Assembly: GCA_020633335.1 (NCBI GenBank)
Contig: JACKDU010000002.1
Coordinates: forward strand, 122,730 to 186,729
Origin: Myxococcales bacterium
GTDB lineage: Bacteria; Myxococcota_A; Polyangia; Nannocystales; Nannocystaceae
Reading direction: 5' to 3'
DNA: 64,000 nt
Shown here in pieces: positions 19,672 to 30,343 of this stretch. Every line of letters begins with the position of its first letter. The stretch's first letter is position 1. Made by a program: the position numbers and the translations under genes. The notes under the pieces were generated by a model that saw nothing but the letters and a program-made list of their open reading frames with translations, did no database searches and was not told where the DNA came from.

Positions 19672-20868
19672 CCGCCCTCCGACGCGGCGCCGCCGGTCGA
19701 TCCGCCGGCCTCCGCCGCGCCCGCCTCCGCCGCGCCGCTCGCCGGCCCGTCGACGACGCCGAGCACCTCGAGCGGCTGCCCCGGGCGGACGCGCTCGTTC
19801 CCGCGCACGATCACCCGATCGCCGGCCTGGAGCCCCTCGCCGCGGACCAGCGCGAGGTCGCCGGCGGTCGCCACGACCTCGACGACCACCGGCGCCGCGA
19901 CCCCGTCCTGGTCGCGGACGACCCGGGTCTCGGTGACCCCGGCGACCAGGGCGTCGCGCGGCACCAGGAGCCCCTCCCCTTCGCGGCGGATCCGAAAGGC
20001 GACGTCGACCGGCGCCCCCGGGAGGAGCCAGGGCGCGCCCTCGCGCGGCTCGAGGCGGACGCGAGCGGTGCGGGTGCGGGGATCGAGCGCCCGGACGACG
20101 CCGACGATCGTCGCCTCGATCGCCGCCCCGCCCGGCCCCTCGATCGTCGCCGCGTCGCCCTCGGCGATGTAGCCGAGGATCGCGGGCGGCACCCCGACCA
20201 GGACCTCCGCGCGATCGGTCGCCACGAGATCGAGGACCCGCTGCCCCGCGCTCACCCAGTCGCCCGGGTCGACGCTGCGGGCGGCGACCACCCCATCAAA
20301 GGGCGCGTCGAGGCGGTGGCGAGCGAGCTCGGCCCGGGCCTGGACGGCCTGGGCGTCGAGCCCCGAGACCTCGGCCCGCAGCGCCTCCTCGGCCGTCCGC
20401 TCGCGCTCGATCTCGGCGGCCGCGACGATCTCGGCGCCGAGGCTCTGGGCCCGCTCGGCGTCCCGTCGGGCCTGCTCGAGCTGGGCGACGCCGCGGCGCT
20501 TCGAGGCCTTGAGGGCCTGGAGGCGGGCGCTCGCCAGCGAGGTGTCGATCACCGCGAGGAGCTCGCCGCGGGCGACCCGATCGCCCTCGCGGACCCGGAC
20601 CTCCTGGATCTCGCCGGCGGCCCCGGCCCCGATCTCCGCCCGCAGGAAGGCCCGGACCTCGCCGAGGAAGGCGCGGCGATCGTCGAGCGCGCCCGCGCGG
20701 ACGGTCGCGACCTCGACCTTCGCGGGCGGCGGCGCCGGGGGCTTCGGCGCCTCGGCGGCCGGCGCGTCGCCGCAGCCGCTGCTGACGCCGGGCGACGAGC
20801 GCGACCAGGGCGACCAGGGCGCGACGGGCGAGCGTCGAGCGGCGCGTGCGAGGGACGACGACGAGCAC
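19668..20868 (-). CDS. RND membrane fusion protein (periplasmic adaptor), frameshifted near the lipobox
   Basis: Overlaps the RND start. N-terminus VALVALVA | GVSSGC reconstructs a lipoprotein signal only if one C is removed from gtcgcccggcgtc. Coiled-coil and beta-barrel HlyD-like body. Confidence 0.65.
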
Positions 20869-20922
20869 TCCGGCGTCAACCTCCTCCACATCGCCGCCGC
20901 GGTCAACCGGCTTGCGCGGCGC

Positions 20923-21621
20923 TCAACTCCGACCGCGGAGGTCCGCTGGTGGAGGCAGGCGCGCCCCCGGCGAGAGCACGCTGGGGTCGTCGCTCAAATA
21001 GACCGCCCCGCTGATGGTCACCTTCGTCCGCCCCCCGGGCTGGCGGTAGCCGCCGTCATGGTGAGCGCCCCCTGCCTCCTCGTCGGCCGAGACGGCGCCG
21101 TAGCCGAGGGCCGCGACCCGCTCGCCCGGCTCCAGCACCCCCTCGCGGTAGCGCAGCGAGCGATTGAAGAGGAGCCCGCGCGCGCTCAGGCCGAGGCGAT
21201 CGAGGAGGGCAAGCTCGCGGGGGCCGGGATCCTGGAACGTGCCGGAGCACGTGTGCACATCGGCGACGATCGAGAGGCTCGCGCTCTCGGGCTTGATGAT
21301 CGCCCGGCCGCTCCCGTCGCGCAGGACGAAGGGCACGACCTTGACGTCGCGCGCGACCTGGCGCCAGTCCTTGTCGGTGGACTCCTCGATGATGATCTCG
21401 TAGGCCGCGCAGCGCCGGCCGGAGAGCGGCGCCTGGAGCTCGCGCTCGAGGATCTCGAGCTCGCCGTCGACGCGCCGGCAGCCGCCGTCGGGGTACTCGC
21501 CGATCGCCACCGGGGCCGCGCCCCGCAGCATCCGCTTGGTCACCTCGCCCTCCGACGTCCACCAGCGATGAGCGGCGTACGCCAGGATGACGACCAGCCC
21601 GAAGAAAATGAGGAGCTGCAC
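20923..21621 (-). CDS. hypothetical membrane-anchored protein
   Basis: GTG start followed by TM helix VQLLIFFGLVVILAYAA. Confidence 0.4.
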   Translation of the reverse strand: MQLLIFFGLVVILAYAAHRWWTSEGEVTKRMLRGAAPVAIGEYPDGGCRRVDGELEILERELQAPLSGRRCAAYEIIIEESTDKDWRQVARDVKVVPFVLRDGSGRAIIKPESASLSIVADVHTCSGTFQDPGPRELALLDRLGLSARGLLFNRSLRYREGVLEPGERVAALGYGAVSADEEAGGAHHDGGYRQPGGRTKVTISGAVYLSDDPSVLSPGARLPPPADLRGRS

Positions 21622-21682
21622 CGAGCGAGCATACCCTCCTCGCGGGCGCTCGTGCCGTGACGCGCCGCGATCTTCGAGCGCC

Positions 21683-22648
21683 CTAGACCGGCGAGAGGAA
21701 GACCAGCATCGCCTCGCGCATGTCCCCGGCCGACTGGAAGCGCTCGTCGGGATCCTTGGCGCAGGCCCGCTCAAAGATCATGTCGACCGCCTGGGCGACC
21801 CGCGACGAGGTGTCGGGCGGGAGGAAGCGGCTCGGCGGCGGCGGGACGTACTTCGCCTGGGCGGAGAGGACGGTCTCGACCGGCGAGCGCCGGAAGTCGT
21901 CGAGCGGGTGGCGGCCGGTGAGCGCCTCGTAGAACGAGAGCCCGGCGGCGTAGACGTCGGCCCGCCCGTCGATCGCCGCGCCGTGGATCGTCTGCTCCGG
22001 CGCCATGTAGAAGGGGTTGCCGCAGAGCACCTCGGTCTTCGCCGGCCCGTCGAGATCGAGGGCGATCCCGAAGTCGAGGAGCTTGGTCGTCAGGAAGCGC
22101 GTGTTGGGGTCGCGGGTGACGTAGATGTTCGCCGGCTTGACGTCGCGGTGGACGACGAAGCACTCGTGCGCGTAGTGGAGCGCCGAGAGGACCTGGCGGA
22201 AGATGTCGACCACCGAGAGGATCGGCAGGAGCGCGCCGTGGGAGCTCGCGCGGCCGAGCACCCGCTCGAGGTCCGAGCCCGGCAGGTACTCCATCGAGAA
22301 CCACTCGACCGGCCGCCCGTCGGCGCCGGCGTGCTCGCCCATGTCGAAGATCCGGACGATGCTCGGGTGGCAGAAGCGGGCGCCGAAGATCGCCTCGCGG
22401 CGGAAGCGGCGGCGCTCGGTGTCGGGGACGTCGGGCCGCATCACCTTGACCGCGACCTCGCGGCGGAGCATCGGGTCGTAGGCGAGGTAGACCCGGCCCA
22501 TCCCGCCCTCGCCGATGCAGCAGCGGACCTCGTAGCGCTTGAAGTGGCCGACCATCCCGCCGATCCCGAGATCGTCGACCGATCGCTGGGAGACGGCCGG
22601 ACCGTCGAATTGGACGACATCGTCGATCGCTGGGGCGAGCTCCTGCAC
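21683..22648 (-). CDS. Ser/Thr protein kinase (short, kinase domain only)
   Basis: GEGGMGRVY, VAVKV, HRDVKPANIYV, DFGIA, APE. Confidence 0.85.
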   Translation of the reverse strand: MQELAPAIDDVVQFDGPAVSQRSVDDLGIGGMVGHFKRYEVRCCIGEGGMGRVYLAYDPMLRREVAVKVMRPDVPDTERRRFRREAIFGARFCHPSIVRIFDMGEHAGADGRPVEWFSMEYLPGSDLERVLGRASSHGALLPILSVVDIFRQVLSALHYAHECFVVHRDVKPANIYVTRDPNTRFLTTKLLDFGIALDLDGPAKTEVLCGNPFYMAPEQTIHGAAIDGRADVYAAGLSFYEALTGRHPLDDFRRSPVETVLSAQAKYVPPPPSRFLPPDTSSRVAQAVDMIFERACAKDPDERFQSAGDMREAMLVFLSPV

Positions 22649-22791
22649 ATGCGAACGCTAGCGACTCCGCCGCTGCACCGCCAAATTTCGGATCATTCGC
22701 CGGCCACCGTCGCCGAGGCGATGTGGCCTACGTACTTTTCACACATATCGGCGCATTGCCGGCGCAGGCCGCCTTTGGTAGCGATCGAGCG

Positions 22792-24459
22792 ATGTCGCGC
22801 TCGCTCTACGCGGTCCTCCTCGCGGCCCTCGCGGGCGCCTGCTACGGCCCCCACAGCGAGAGCACCAGCTCGTCGGGGCCCGGCGGCGACACCAGCGTCG
22901 GCGGCACGTCGTCGACCGGCGAGGGCACGTCCTCGACCGGCGAGGGCGCGTCGTCGACCGGCGAGGACGCGTCGTCGACCGGCGACGACGACCCGAGCGC
23001 GCCGGCCGACGACGACCGCTCGCCGACGCTGATCAGCTTCACGATCGACGGCAGCGAGGCGCCGCCGACGGTCACCCGAGCGACCCTCCTCAACCTCCGG
23101 GTCGACGCGACGGACGACCACGGGATCGCCCAGATCCGCGTGCTCATGGGCGCCGAGGTCGTCGCCGAGCACCTGCCGCCGCCGGCGAGCACCGGCGCGA
23201 CCCTGAGCGAGGCCTGGCTCGCCGCCGACGAGGCGCTCAACGGCGCCCAGACCCTGACCGCCCGGGTCGTCGACAGCCGCGGCCAGGTCGCCTACGCCGA
23301 TCTTCCGATCACCTTCGACCTCCCGCCCGGCGGGTCGCCGCTCTGGTCCTACACCGACACGGACGCCCTCGGCCCCGCCTTCGCCGAGGGCGTCGCGCTC
23401 GCCCCGGGTCGCGCGCTCTACGTCACCGGCCGCCGCTACACCAGCGACTCGCTCGACGGCAACGCCTGGATCACCCTCCACAAGATCGATCCCGAGACCG
23501 GCGAGGGCTACCTGATCGCCAAGGACCCCAAGGTCCCGGCGGGGGCCTGCAGCGGCCGCGCCCTGACGGTCGACAGCGAGGGGCGGCTCATCGTCGTCGG
23601 CGAGCTCCGCGACGAGCTCGGCCACCCGAGCCTCTGGCTCCGCCGCTACTCGACGCTCGACGAGCCCGAGCCCGAGTTCTACAACTTCGGCGTCGACCCG
23701 ATCGACGAGGCCGGCCTCGCCGTCACCACCGATCCCGCGGACGCGATCTACGTCGCCGGCTTCCGCCGCCGCAAGCCCGGCGAGGACGAGGAGGAGAGCG
23801 AAATCGTCCTCCGCAAGTACCACCGCGACGGCTACCTCCTCTGGCGGGTGATCCACGCGAGCCCGGGGAGCGGCCCCAACTTCGGCGCCGCGCTGACCTT
23901 CGTCGACGGCGCGCTCTGGGTCACCGGCGCGGTCGCGGGCGGCAAGGAGGAGCGGCGGATCGCGCTCCTCAAGGTGACGCCGGCCGGCGAGATCGAGTGG
24001 GTCCACGTCACCGCGATCGACGCGATCAAGGAGGACTACGGCCTCGGGATCGCGGTCGCCGGCGACGGCACGCTCCTCGTCACCGGCTCCCACCGCCTCG
24101 AGAACACCGCCAGCCGCTTCCTCCTCGCCCGCCACGAGCCGACGATCGGCTCCCTCCTCGGCCGCCGCAGCCTCGGGATCGGCGCGGGGCCGGAGTCGGG
24201 GCGGGCGCTGGCGATCGATCCCCGCGGCGACGTCGTCGTCGCCGGCGCCGCCGTCTCCTTCGACGACGGCCCGGTCGCCTGGCTGAGCAAGCACCGCACC
24301 GACGGCCAGTGGAGCGATCGCTGGGAGCAGCTCAGCGTCGACGTCGAGGGCGCGGCCTGGAGCGCGATCACCCTCGACGAGGTCGGCCAGATCTACGCCG
24401 CCGGCGTCCGCGTCGACGACGGCGTCGAGCGGGTCTTCGTCCGCAAGCACCACCCCTAG
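22792..24459 (+). CDS. lipoprotein with beta-propeller (SBBP-like) repeats
   Basis: Lipobox LAGAC plus a Ser/Thr/Gly linker. Repeated YVTG / IVVGE / LLVTG strand motifs. Confidence 0.5.
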   Translation: MSRSLYAVLLAALAGACYGPHSESTSSSGPGGDTSVGGTSSTGEGTSSTGEGASSTGEDASSTGDDDPSAPADDDRSPTLISFTIDGSEAPPTVTRATLLNLRVDATDDHGIAQIRVLMGAEVVAEHLPPPASTGATLSEAWLAADEALNGAQTLTARVVDSRGQVAYADLPITFDLPPGGSPLWSYTDTDALGPAFAEGVALAPGRALYVTGRRYTSDSLDGNAWITLHKIDPETGEGYLIAKDPKVPAGACSGRALTVDSEGRLIVVGELRDELGHPSLWLRRYSTLDEPEPEFYNFGVDPIDEAGLAVTTDPADAIYVAGFRRRKPGEDEEESEIVLRKYHRDGYLLWRVIHASPGSGPNFGAALTFVDGALWVTGAVAGGKEERRIALLKVTPAGEIEWVHVTAIDAIKEDYGLGIAVAGDGTLLVTGSHRLENTASRFLLARHEPTIGSLLGRRSLGIGAGPESGRALAIDPRGDVVVAGAAVSFDDGPVAWLSKHRTDGQWSDRWEQLSVDVEGAAWSAITLDEVGQIYAAGVRVDDGVERVFVRKHHP

Positions 24460-24926
24460 GAGCAGTTGTCGCAGCGGCCGCGGACCTGGACCTCGACCGC
24501 CTGGCGGCTCACGCTGCGGGGCACCCGCGAGCCCCGCGGCACCTTGACCTCGAGCTCGGGCATGCACTCGACACCCCCGCACTCGACGCACACGAAGTGC
24601 GGGTGCTCGTGCTGGGCGTCGCCCTCGCGGACCGCCTGGAAGCGCCACACGTGGTCGCCGACGTCGGTGCGCAGGGCGAGGCCGGCGTCGACCAGGGCGA
24701 TCAGGCTGCGGTAGATCGTCGTCGCCTCGAAGCCGTGGCCGCCGAGGAGTCGGACGATCTCCTGGTGGGTCATCGAGTGCTCGGCCGCGCGGAGGAGGCG
24801 GAGCACCTCGACGCGCGTCGGCGTCACCCGCAGGCCGACCGCCTGCAGGTCCTCTCGGCTCGCGTCCTGCACGTCGACCGTCACCTGCGCTTGCGCCAGG
24901 CTAGTCAATCGCCGACCCCGTGGCAA
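24456..24926 (-). CDS. Fur-family metalloregulator
   Basis: HTH region LRVTPTRVEVLRLL and metal site HEHPHFVCVECG...C..C. The true start may be an internal GTG. Confidence 0.75.
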   Translation of the reverse strand: MPRGRRLTSLAQAQVTVDVQDASREDLQAVGLRVTPTRVEVLRLLRAAEHSMTHQEIVRLLGGHGFEATTIYRSLIALVDAGLALRTDVGDHVWRFQAVREGDAQHEHPHFVCVECGGVECMPELEVKVPRGSRVPRSVSRQAVEVQVRGRCDNCS

Positions 24927-25085
24927 TCGCGCGCGCGGGCTCGGCGTGGCGAATACGCCCGTTCGCGGCCGCCGCGCCCCCCCCCGCTTGACGCATGCGG
25001 TGCCGGGCCCGCAGAGTGGATCGGACCCGCAGGGAGCGCGGGCGCGTAGGCGAAGGATCGCCGTCGATACTGAAGGAGTATTCGA

Positions 25086-26027
25086 ATGATCCTGACCCTA
25101 TCCCGCAGCCTCTCCTCGACCCTCATCGCCCTCGGCGCCTGCCTCAGCCTCGTCAGCGGCTGCGCCGGCGACGACGGCAAGGAGAGCTCCTCGGAGAGCG
25201 CGACCACGACGGCGACCTCGACCTCGACCTCGGGCACCACCGCGGACACCGAGACCGGCAGCGGCAGCGGCTCCGGCTCCACCAGCGGCACCGGCTCCAC
25301 CGGCTCCACCGGCTCCACCGGCTCCACCGGCGCCACCGGCGGCGAGACCGACACCAGCGGGATCGTCATGTGCGACCCGGTCCTCCAGGACTGCCCCGAC
25401 GGCGAGAAGTGCTCGGCCTACGAGATCGACCCGGGCGCCTACTGGCAGGAGAACAAGTGCGTCCCGGTGATGGGCGACAAGCAGGTCGGCGAGTCCTGCG
25501 ACGTCCTCACCCCGAACGAGCCGGCCTCCGGGGTCGACGACTGCGCCCCCGGCCTGATCTGCCTCGAGATCAACGACGACGGGACCGACGGCATCTGCTA
25601 CGAGTTCTGCGGCGTCGACGAGACCTGCAAGGTCAACAACGGGGCCTGCATCATCGCCAACGACGGCGCCCTGCCGATCTGCCTGGTCCTCTGCGATCCG
25701 CTGATCCAGGACTGCCCCTCCTCCGACCAGGCCTGCATCGGCTCGGTCGATGAAGCCGCGTTCATCTGCTACAAGTCGGACGTCTCGCCGGAGAACCCGG
25801 GCATGGACAACGACGAGTGCGCCTTCGACAACGCCTGCGTCCCCGGCTTCCAGTGCCTGCCGCCGGACGTCGTCGAGGACTGCGACCCCGGCTTCCAGGG
25901 CTGCTGCAACCCCTTCTGCGCCCTCGACGGCGACATGTCGGAGTGCAGCGCCGGCGAGCTCTGCAGCGCCTTCTTCCCGGAGCCGACGCCGCCCTGGGAG
26001 AACGTCGGGATCTGCACCCTGCCCTGA
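25086..26027 (+). CDS. Cys-rich secreted lipoprotein
   Basis: Lipobox LVSGC, a GS/GT-rich linker, then a dense CxxC / DCP domain. Confidence 0.6.
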   Translation: MILTLSRSLSSTLIALGACLSLVSGCAGDDGKESSSESATTTATSTSTSGTTADTETGSGSGSGSTSGTGSTGSTGSTGSTGATGGETDTSGIVMCDPVLQDCPDGEKCSAYEIDPGAYWQENKCVPVMGDKQVGESCDVLTPNEPASGVDDCAPGLICLEINDDGTDGICYEFCGVDETCKVNNGACIIANDGALPICLVLCDPLIQDCPSSDQACIGSVDEAAFICYKSDVSPENPGMDNDECAFDNACVPGFQCLPPDVVEDCDPGFQGCCNPFCALDGDMSECSAGELCSAFFPEPTPPWENVGICTLP

Positions 26028-26046
26028 TCGGCGGGCTCGATTCGTT

Positions 26047-26086
26047 GACCCGATGACCATGTCCGTGAGGACATGCTCATCGGGTC
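26047..26086. repeat. REP-like palindrome GACCCGATGACCATGTC-CGTGAG-GACATGCTCATCGGGTC (17-bp arms, 1 mismatch)
   Basis: Read directly. Lies between convergent genes. The arm is near-identical to the copy at 45335 (CCGATGGCCATGTC). Confidence 0.75.
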
Positions 26087-26111
26087 ATCCATTTCCGACG
26101 CTCAGAGCAGC

Positions 26112-27506
26112 TCAGGAGAGGAGCTCGACCTCGGCGATCGCCGGCGGCGCGGCCCCGAGGAGCGCCCGCGCGCAGGGCTCGATCACCTCGCGGAGGGTCC
26201 CGCGGATCGCCGCCGCCTCATTCGCCTCGGAGAGCCGCCCGTGGGCCTCCCAGGCCGCGATCTCGACCCCGGGCAGGGCCGCGCGCGCCCGCGGCGGACG
26301 GGCGATCGCGCCCGCCAGGGCCTCGGCGACCGCCCCCCGGACCGTCGCGCCGCCGACCTCGATCGCCCAGCGGACGATCCTCCAGGCGAGCGCGGCGTGC
26401 CGCGACTCGTCGTCGGCGATCGCCGCCAGCACGCCCCTTGCCGCCGGGTCGCCGGCGCCGGCGGCCGCCAGGCGGGCGATCGACGCGGCGATCGTCTCGC
26501 CGACGCAGCCCTCGACGACGGTGTCGACCGCGAGCTCGACGAGGGTCGGCGTCCGCGCGAGCGCGCCGTCGATCGGCAGCGCCCCCGGGCCGCGGGGGTG
26601 ACCGGCGTAGGCGCTGGCGAGGGCGAAGCAGGCGCGCGCGTGGCCGATCTCGTCGGCGAGCGCCGCCTGGGCCGCGCTGACCAGCTCGGCCGGCGCGCCC
26701 AGGGCCATGAGGTGGAGGATGTGGCGGGCGAAGGCCGCGACCGAGGCGTGCTCCATCTGCCCGTCCTCGCCCCAGGCGGCCGCCAGCGCCTCGCGGGTGC
26801 GGCGATCGAGCGCCGCCGACGCGGGCTCGCCGGGCTCGCCGAGCCAGTCGCCGCGGGGCCGCAGGGGCGCGACCCGGGCCTCGCCGGCGACCCGGAGCGG
26901 CCGCCCCTCGCAGACGATCCCGGTGTAGGCGGCGTAGTAGCAGCACTGGCCGGGCCGCGAGTTCGGCTCGGGGCCGCAGAGGAGGATCAGCCCGTCGGCC
27001 GAGCAGAAGAGCGGATCGCCGGTGATCGCCGCGTCGACCAGCGGCAGCGCGCAGGCCTCGTCGCACTCGTCGCAGCTCGCCAGGCCCTCGGGGAGCGGGA
27101 AGCAGGCCTCCTCGGAGGTGTAGGTGGGCGGCGGCACCGGGACCGGATCACACTCGACGCCGGAGCCGGTGGTCCCGTCGCTGGTCGACGAGGTCGTGGC
27201 GACGCCGGTCGTCGCGTCGCTGGTCGAGCCGCCGCTGGTCGAGCCGGTGCCCGCGCTGGTCGTCCCCGCGCTGGTCGAGCCGCCGCTCGCCGAGTCGCTC
27301 GCCGAGCCGCTCGTCGACGCCGCCGAGGTCGAGGACATCGAGCCGCCGCTCGGATCGGTCGACGACGAGCTCGCCTCGCCGCTCGAGCCCTCCGACTCGC
27401 CCGTGTCCGACTTGCCGTCGTCGCCGCCGGCGCAGCCCCCCAGGAGGGCGACGCAGCCGAGCGCCGCCAGGATCTCTCCACGTAGACCAAGGAATGAATC
27501 AAGCAT
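26112..27506 (-). CDS. lipoprotein with C-terminal ferritin-like (di-iron ExxH) domain
   Basis: Lipobox LLGGC and a long Ser/Thr linker. ADEIGHAR and DDESRHA form paired E-x-x-H motifs. Confidence 0.5.
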   Translation of the reverse strand: MLDSFLGLRGEILAALGCVALLGGCAGGDDGKSDTGESEGSSGEASSSSTDPSGGSMSSTSAASTSGSASDSASGGSTSAGTTSAGTGSTSGGSTSDATTGVATTSSTSDGTTGSGVECDPVPVPPPTYTSEEACFPLPEGLASCDECDEACALPLVDAAITGDPLFCSADGLILLCGPEPNSRPGQCCYYAAYTGIVCEGRPLRVAGEARVAPLRPRGDWLGEPGEPASAALDRRTREALAAAWGEDGQMEHASVAAFARHILHLMALGAPAELVSAAQAALADEIGHARACFALASAYAGHPRGPGALPIDGALARTPTLVELAVDTVVEGCVGETIAASIARLAAAGAGDPAARGVLAAIADDESRHAALAWRIVRWAIEVGGATVRGAVAEALAGAIARPPRARAALPGVEIAAWEAHGRLSEANEAAAIRGTLREVIEPCARALLGAAPPAIAEVELLS

Positions 27507-27646
27507 GGCGGCGAGGATAGCGACGCGCCCCGTCGCCGTCCAAGGGCCGCCGCGCCCTCCCCTCCGCGCCGGCGCGCGCCCCGGCGCCGACCCAGCGCGC
27601 GACCGCTTCGGCCGGTCTCCGCGGCCGCAGTGCTATCCTGGGGCCA

Positions 27647-28543
27647 ATGGAAGGGCTCTCGGATCTCCACCGCCACCTCGACGGCTCGCTCCGCCCGGCG
27701 ACCTTCCGGGAGCTCGCCGCCGCGATCGGCCACGACGCGCCGGCCGACCTCCGCTTCCAGACCGGCATGGGCCTCGCCGGCGCCCTCGCCCGCTTCAGCC
27801 ACACGCTCGCGGTCCTCCAGACGCCGGCGGCGGTCGAGCGGGTCGCCGCCGAGATCTGCGAGGACGCGGCCGCCGACGGGGTGACCACCCTCGAGATCCG
27901 CTTCGCGCCGCAGCTCCACCGCGGCGCCCCGCCGGCGGCGATCGTCGACGCCGCCCTCGCGGGCGCGGCCGGCCGCGCGGGCCTGCTCCTCTGCGGGCTC
28001 TACGGCGAGGATCCGGCGATCCTGGCGGGCCACGTCGAGCTCGCCCGCAGCCGCCCCGGGGTCGTCGGGGTCGACATCGCCGGCGGGCCGACGCCGGGCG
28101 ATCGCTGGCGCCTCGCGGACTACGCCGGCCCCTTCCGGCGGGCCGCCGAGCTCGGCCTCGGGGTCACGGTCCACGCCGGCGAGGGCCGCCCGCCCGACGA
28201 GATCCGGACCGCGATCGAGCTCCTCGGCGCCCGCCGGATCGGCCACGGCACCACCCTCCTCGGCGATCCGACGCTGGTCGACCTGATCCGCGCGCGCGCC
28301 GTGACGATCGAGGCCTGCGTGACCTCCAACGTCCAGATCGGCGCGATCGCCCGGGCCACGGATCACCCGCTCGCGCGCTGGCTCGACCTCGGGGTGCGGG
28401 CCTGCATCTGCACCGACAACACCTTCTTCTCCGACGTCACGTCGTCGTCGGAGGTCGCGCTCGCCGGCACCCTCCCGGGGATGACCCCGGAGAAGGTCGC
28501 GCAGGCGATCGCCAACGGCCACGCCGGCGCCTTCCGCCGCTGA
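27647..28543 (+). CDS. adenosine/adenine deaminase-family amidohydrolase
   Basis: SDLHRHLDGS, HAGE, CVTSN, CTDN. Confidence 0.75.
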   Translation: MEGLSDLHRHLDGSLRPATFRELAAAIGHDAPADLRFQTGMGLAGALARFSHTLAVLQTPAAVERVAAEICEDAAADGVTTLEIRFAPQLHRGAPPAAIVDAALAGAAGRAGLLLCGLYGEDPAILAGHVELARSRPGVVGVDIAGGPTPGDRWRLADYAGPFRRAAELGLGVTVHAGEGRPPDEIRTAIELLGARRIGHGTTLLGDPTLVDLIRARAVTIEACVTSNVQIGAIARATDHPLARWLDLGVRACICTDNTFFSDVTSSSEVALAGTLPGMTPEKVAQAIANGHAGAFRR

Positions 28544-28561
28544 TCGGCCCTCGGCGTCCGC

Positions 28562-29464
28562 TCAGCCCCGCCGCTCGATCGCCTCGCGGATCCGGATCAG
28601 CGCCTCGCCGAGGCGCTTGCGGGGGACCGAGACCCGGGTCGGCATGCCGCCGCCGAGCTCCATGAGCGCGACGAAGTCGAGGCCGCTGTCGAAGGGCGCG
28701 GCGATCGACACGCTCGCGTCGTCGGCGACGATCGAGACCAGCGCCAGCTCCTGGCCGAGGAGGAGGAGCTCGGTCTTGTCGTAGGGCGGCGCGCCCCGCT
28801 CGACCTCGATCACCGCGATCCCGCGATCGATCCGGTAGGCGGCCGCGAGCACCCGGGCGTTGTGGGCCATCCGGTCGAAGTCCTCGGCGGCCTCGCGGAT
28901 CGACTCGAGCTCGATCCCCTTGCGGAGCCCGCCGACCAGGTAGTGGACGATCCTGTGCTTGAGGACAGGATCGTTGTAGTGGGCGCGGAGCGCCTTGTCG
29001 ATCAGCGCGGCGACCGGCGAGGGCTCGCCGATCCGGGTGTCGACCGCCCGCGCGTCGTCGTCCGCCCCCGGGTAGGGCTCGCGGCCGCCGAGGATCCACT
29101 TGGCCGCCGCGTAGAGCCCGTCGAGGTCGAAGTGGGCGAGGATCGTGTCGATCGGCCCGGCGTCGGCGACCATCACCTCGTCGATGATCTCCGGGCACGC
29201 GCCGTGCTCGGCCTTGGTGCAGAGGACGAAGCGGGGATCGCCGGCGTAGTCGCGGTGGCGCTCGTGATCGTGGTGATCGACCCAGCGCGCGAGGCGGGGC
29301 CCGAGGTCGCGGATCAGCTTGCCGGTGGTCTTGTCGAAGCCGGGGCCGACCCCCTCGGCCGCGAAGGCGACGTCGAGGACGACCACCCGACCGCGCAGCG
29401 ACGCCGCCCGCGGGAGCTTGCGCGGGCTGGCGAAGACCAGCTCGGGGAGGACCCTGGCGCTCAC
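28562..29464 (-). CDS. hypothetical protein with weak DHH-like motifs
   Basis: VVLDVAF, WVDHHDHE, ELGGGMP. Confidence 0.35.
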   Translation of the reverse strand: MSARVLPELVFASPRKLPRAASLRGRVVVLDVAFAAEGVGPGFDKTTGKLIRDLGPRLARWVDHHDHERHRDYAGDPRFVLCTKAEHGACPEIIDEVMVADAGPIDTILAHFDLDGLYAAAKWILGGREPYPGADDDARAVDTRIGEPSPVAALIDKALRAHYNDPVLKHRIVHYLVGGLRKGIELESIREAAEDFDRMAHNARVLAAAYRIDRGIAVIEVERGAPPYDKTELLLLGQELALVSIVADDASVSIAAPFDSGLDFVALMELGGGMPTRVSVPRKRLGEALIRIREAIERRG

Positions 29465-29769
29465 CGCAGCGCCGCCAGGGCGCCCTCGAGCTCGCCGCGG
29501 GCGTGGTCATCGCCGGCCGCGGTCGCGGCCGCGACCCCGCGCTCAAGGACGGCGATCGCCGCCGCCGCGTCGCCGGCCTCGGCGAGGGCGTTGCCCGCCA
29601 TCAGGTAGGCCGGGATGTAGCCGGGGTGGCGATCGAGGAGCTCGGCGAAGGCCTGGTTGGCCTCGGCCAGGCGACCGAGCTTCTTCAGCTCCATCGCCAG
29701 GCCGTAGCGCGGGAAGGGATCATTCGGCCGCTGGGCGGCGAATTGCGCGAGCATCCCCAGGCGGTCCAC
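29461..29769 (-). CDS. small TPR-repeat protein
   Basis: TPR-like helices (AEANQAFAELL..YIPAYLMAGNALAEAGD); 4-bp overlap with the downstream gene. Confidence 0.5.
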   Translation of the reverse strand: MDRLGMLAQFAAQRPNDPFPRYGLAMELKKLGRLAEANQAFAELLDRHPGYIPAYLMAGNALAEAGDAAAAIAVLERGVAAATAAGDDHARGELEGALAALR

Positions 29770-29788
29770 GATCGCTCCGCCCCCTGGC

Positions 29789-30343
29789 CTAGGACGCCGC
29801 GCGGGCGGCCTTGGCCGCGTCGCGGGCCTCGGTCTGGGCGACGTGCTCCGCGGCCGCGGCGTCGTCCATGCCGATCGCCTTGAGGACCTCGGCGTTGCGA
29901 TCGAAGACCGTGGTGTTCTGGAGGTTGCCGACCAGGAGGAGGTAGGTGGCGACGTGGTGCGCCGGGTACTTGCCGAGGAGCACCGCGATCCCGGCGCGGA
30001 GCTCGTCCTCGCTCTTGGTCTCGCAGAAGTCCTCGTCGGTCTCGCCCTGGGTGTGGCTGACGCCGAGGTGATCGAGGTAGTCGACCAGCATCTCGCGGTG
30101 GTGGCGCATCAGCCACTCGAGGAGGAGCGCGAGGGCGATCTGCTCGTTCTTGCCGGCGACCTCGGCGTCGAAGCGCTTGCGCCACGCCTTGCGGCGGGCG
30201 GCCTGGGTGTAGGCGGTGGCCGGGACGTTGACGCTGGTCCCGCCAGCCTTGAGGACGGCGCGGATCTCCTTGCCAGAGAGCTCGCCGAAGTACGCGTCGA
30301 GGTTCTCGGCCCCGAGGTGGTGACAGATCTGGAGCGGCTTCAC
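29789..30343 (-). CDS. hypothetical protein
   Basis: GTG start; helical, His-rich; no family recognised. Confidence 0.35.
   Translation of the reverse strand: MKPLQICHHLGAENLDAYFGELSGKEIRAVLKAGGTSVNVPATAYTQAARRKAWRKRFDAEVAGKNEQIALALLLEWLMRHHREMLVDYLDHLGVSHTQGETDEDFCETKSEDELRAGIAVLLGKYPAHHVATYLLLVGNLQNTTVFDRNAEVLKAIGMDDAAAAEHVAQTEARDAAKAARAAS

Noticed and set aside
24927-25085. Possible Fur box (tattcgaatgatc) upstream of the Cys-rich lipoprotein gene
   Set aside because: The match to the GATAATGATAATCATTATC consensus is too weak to call.
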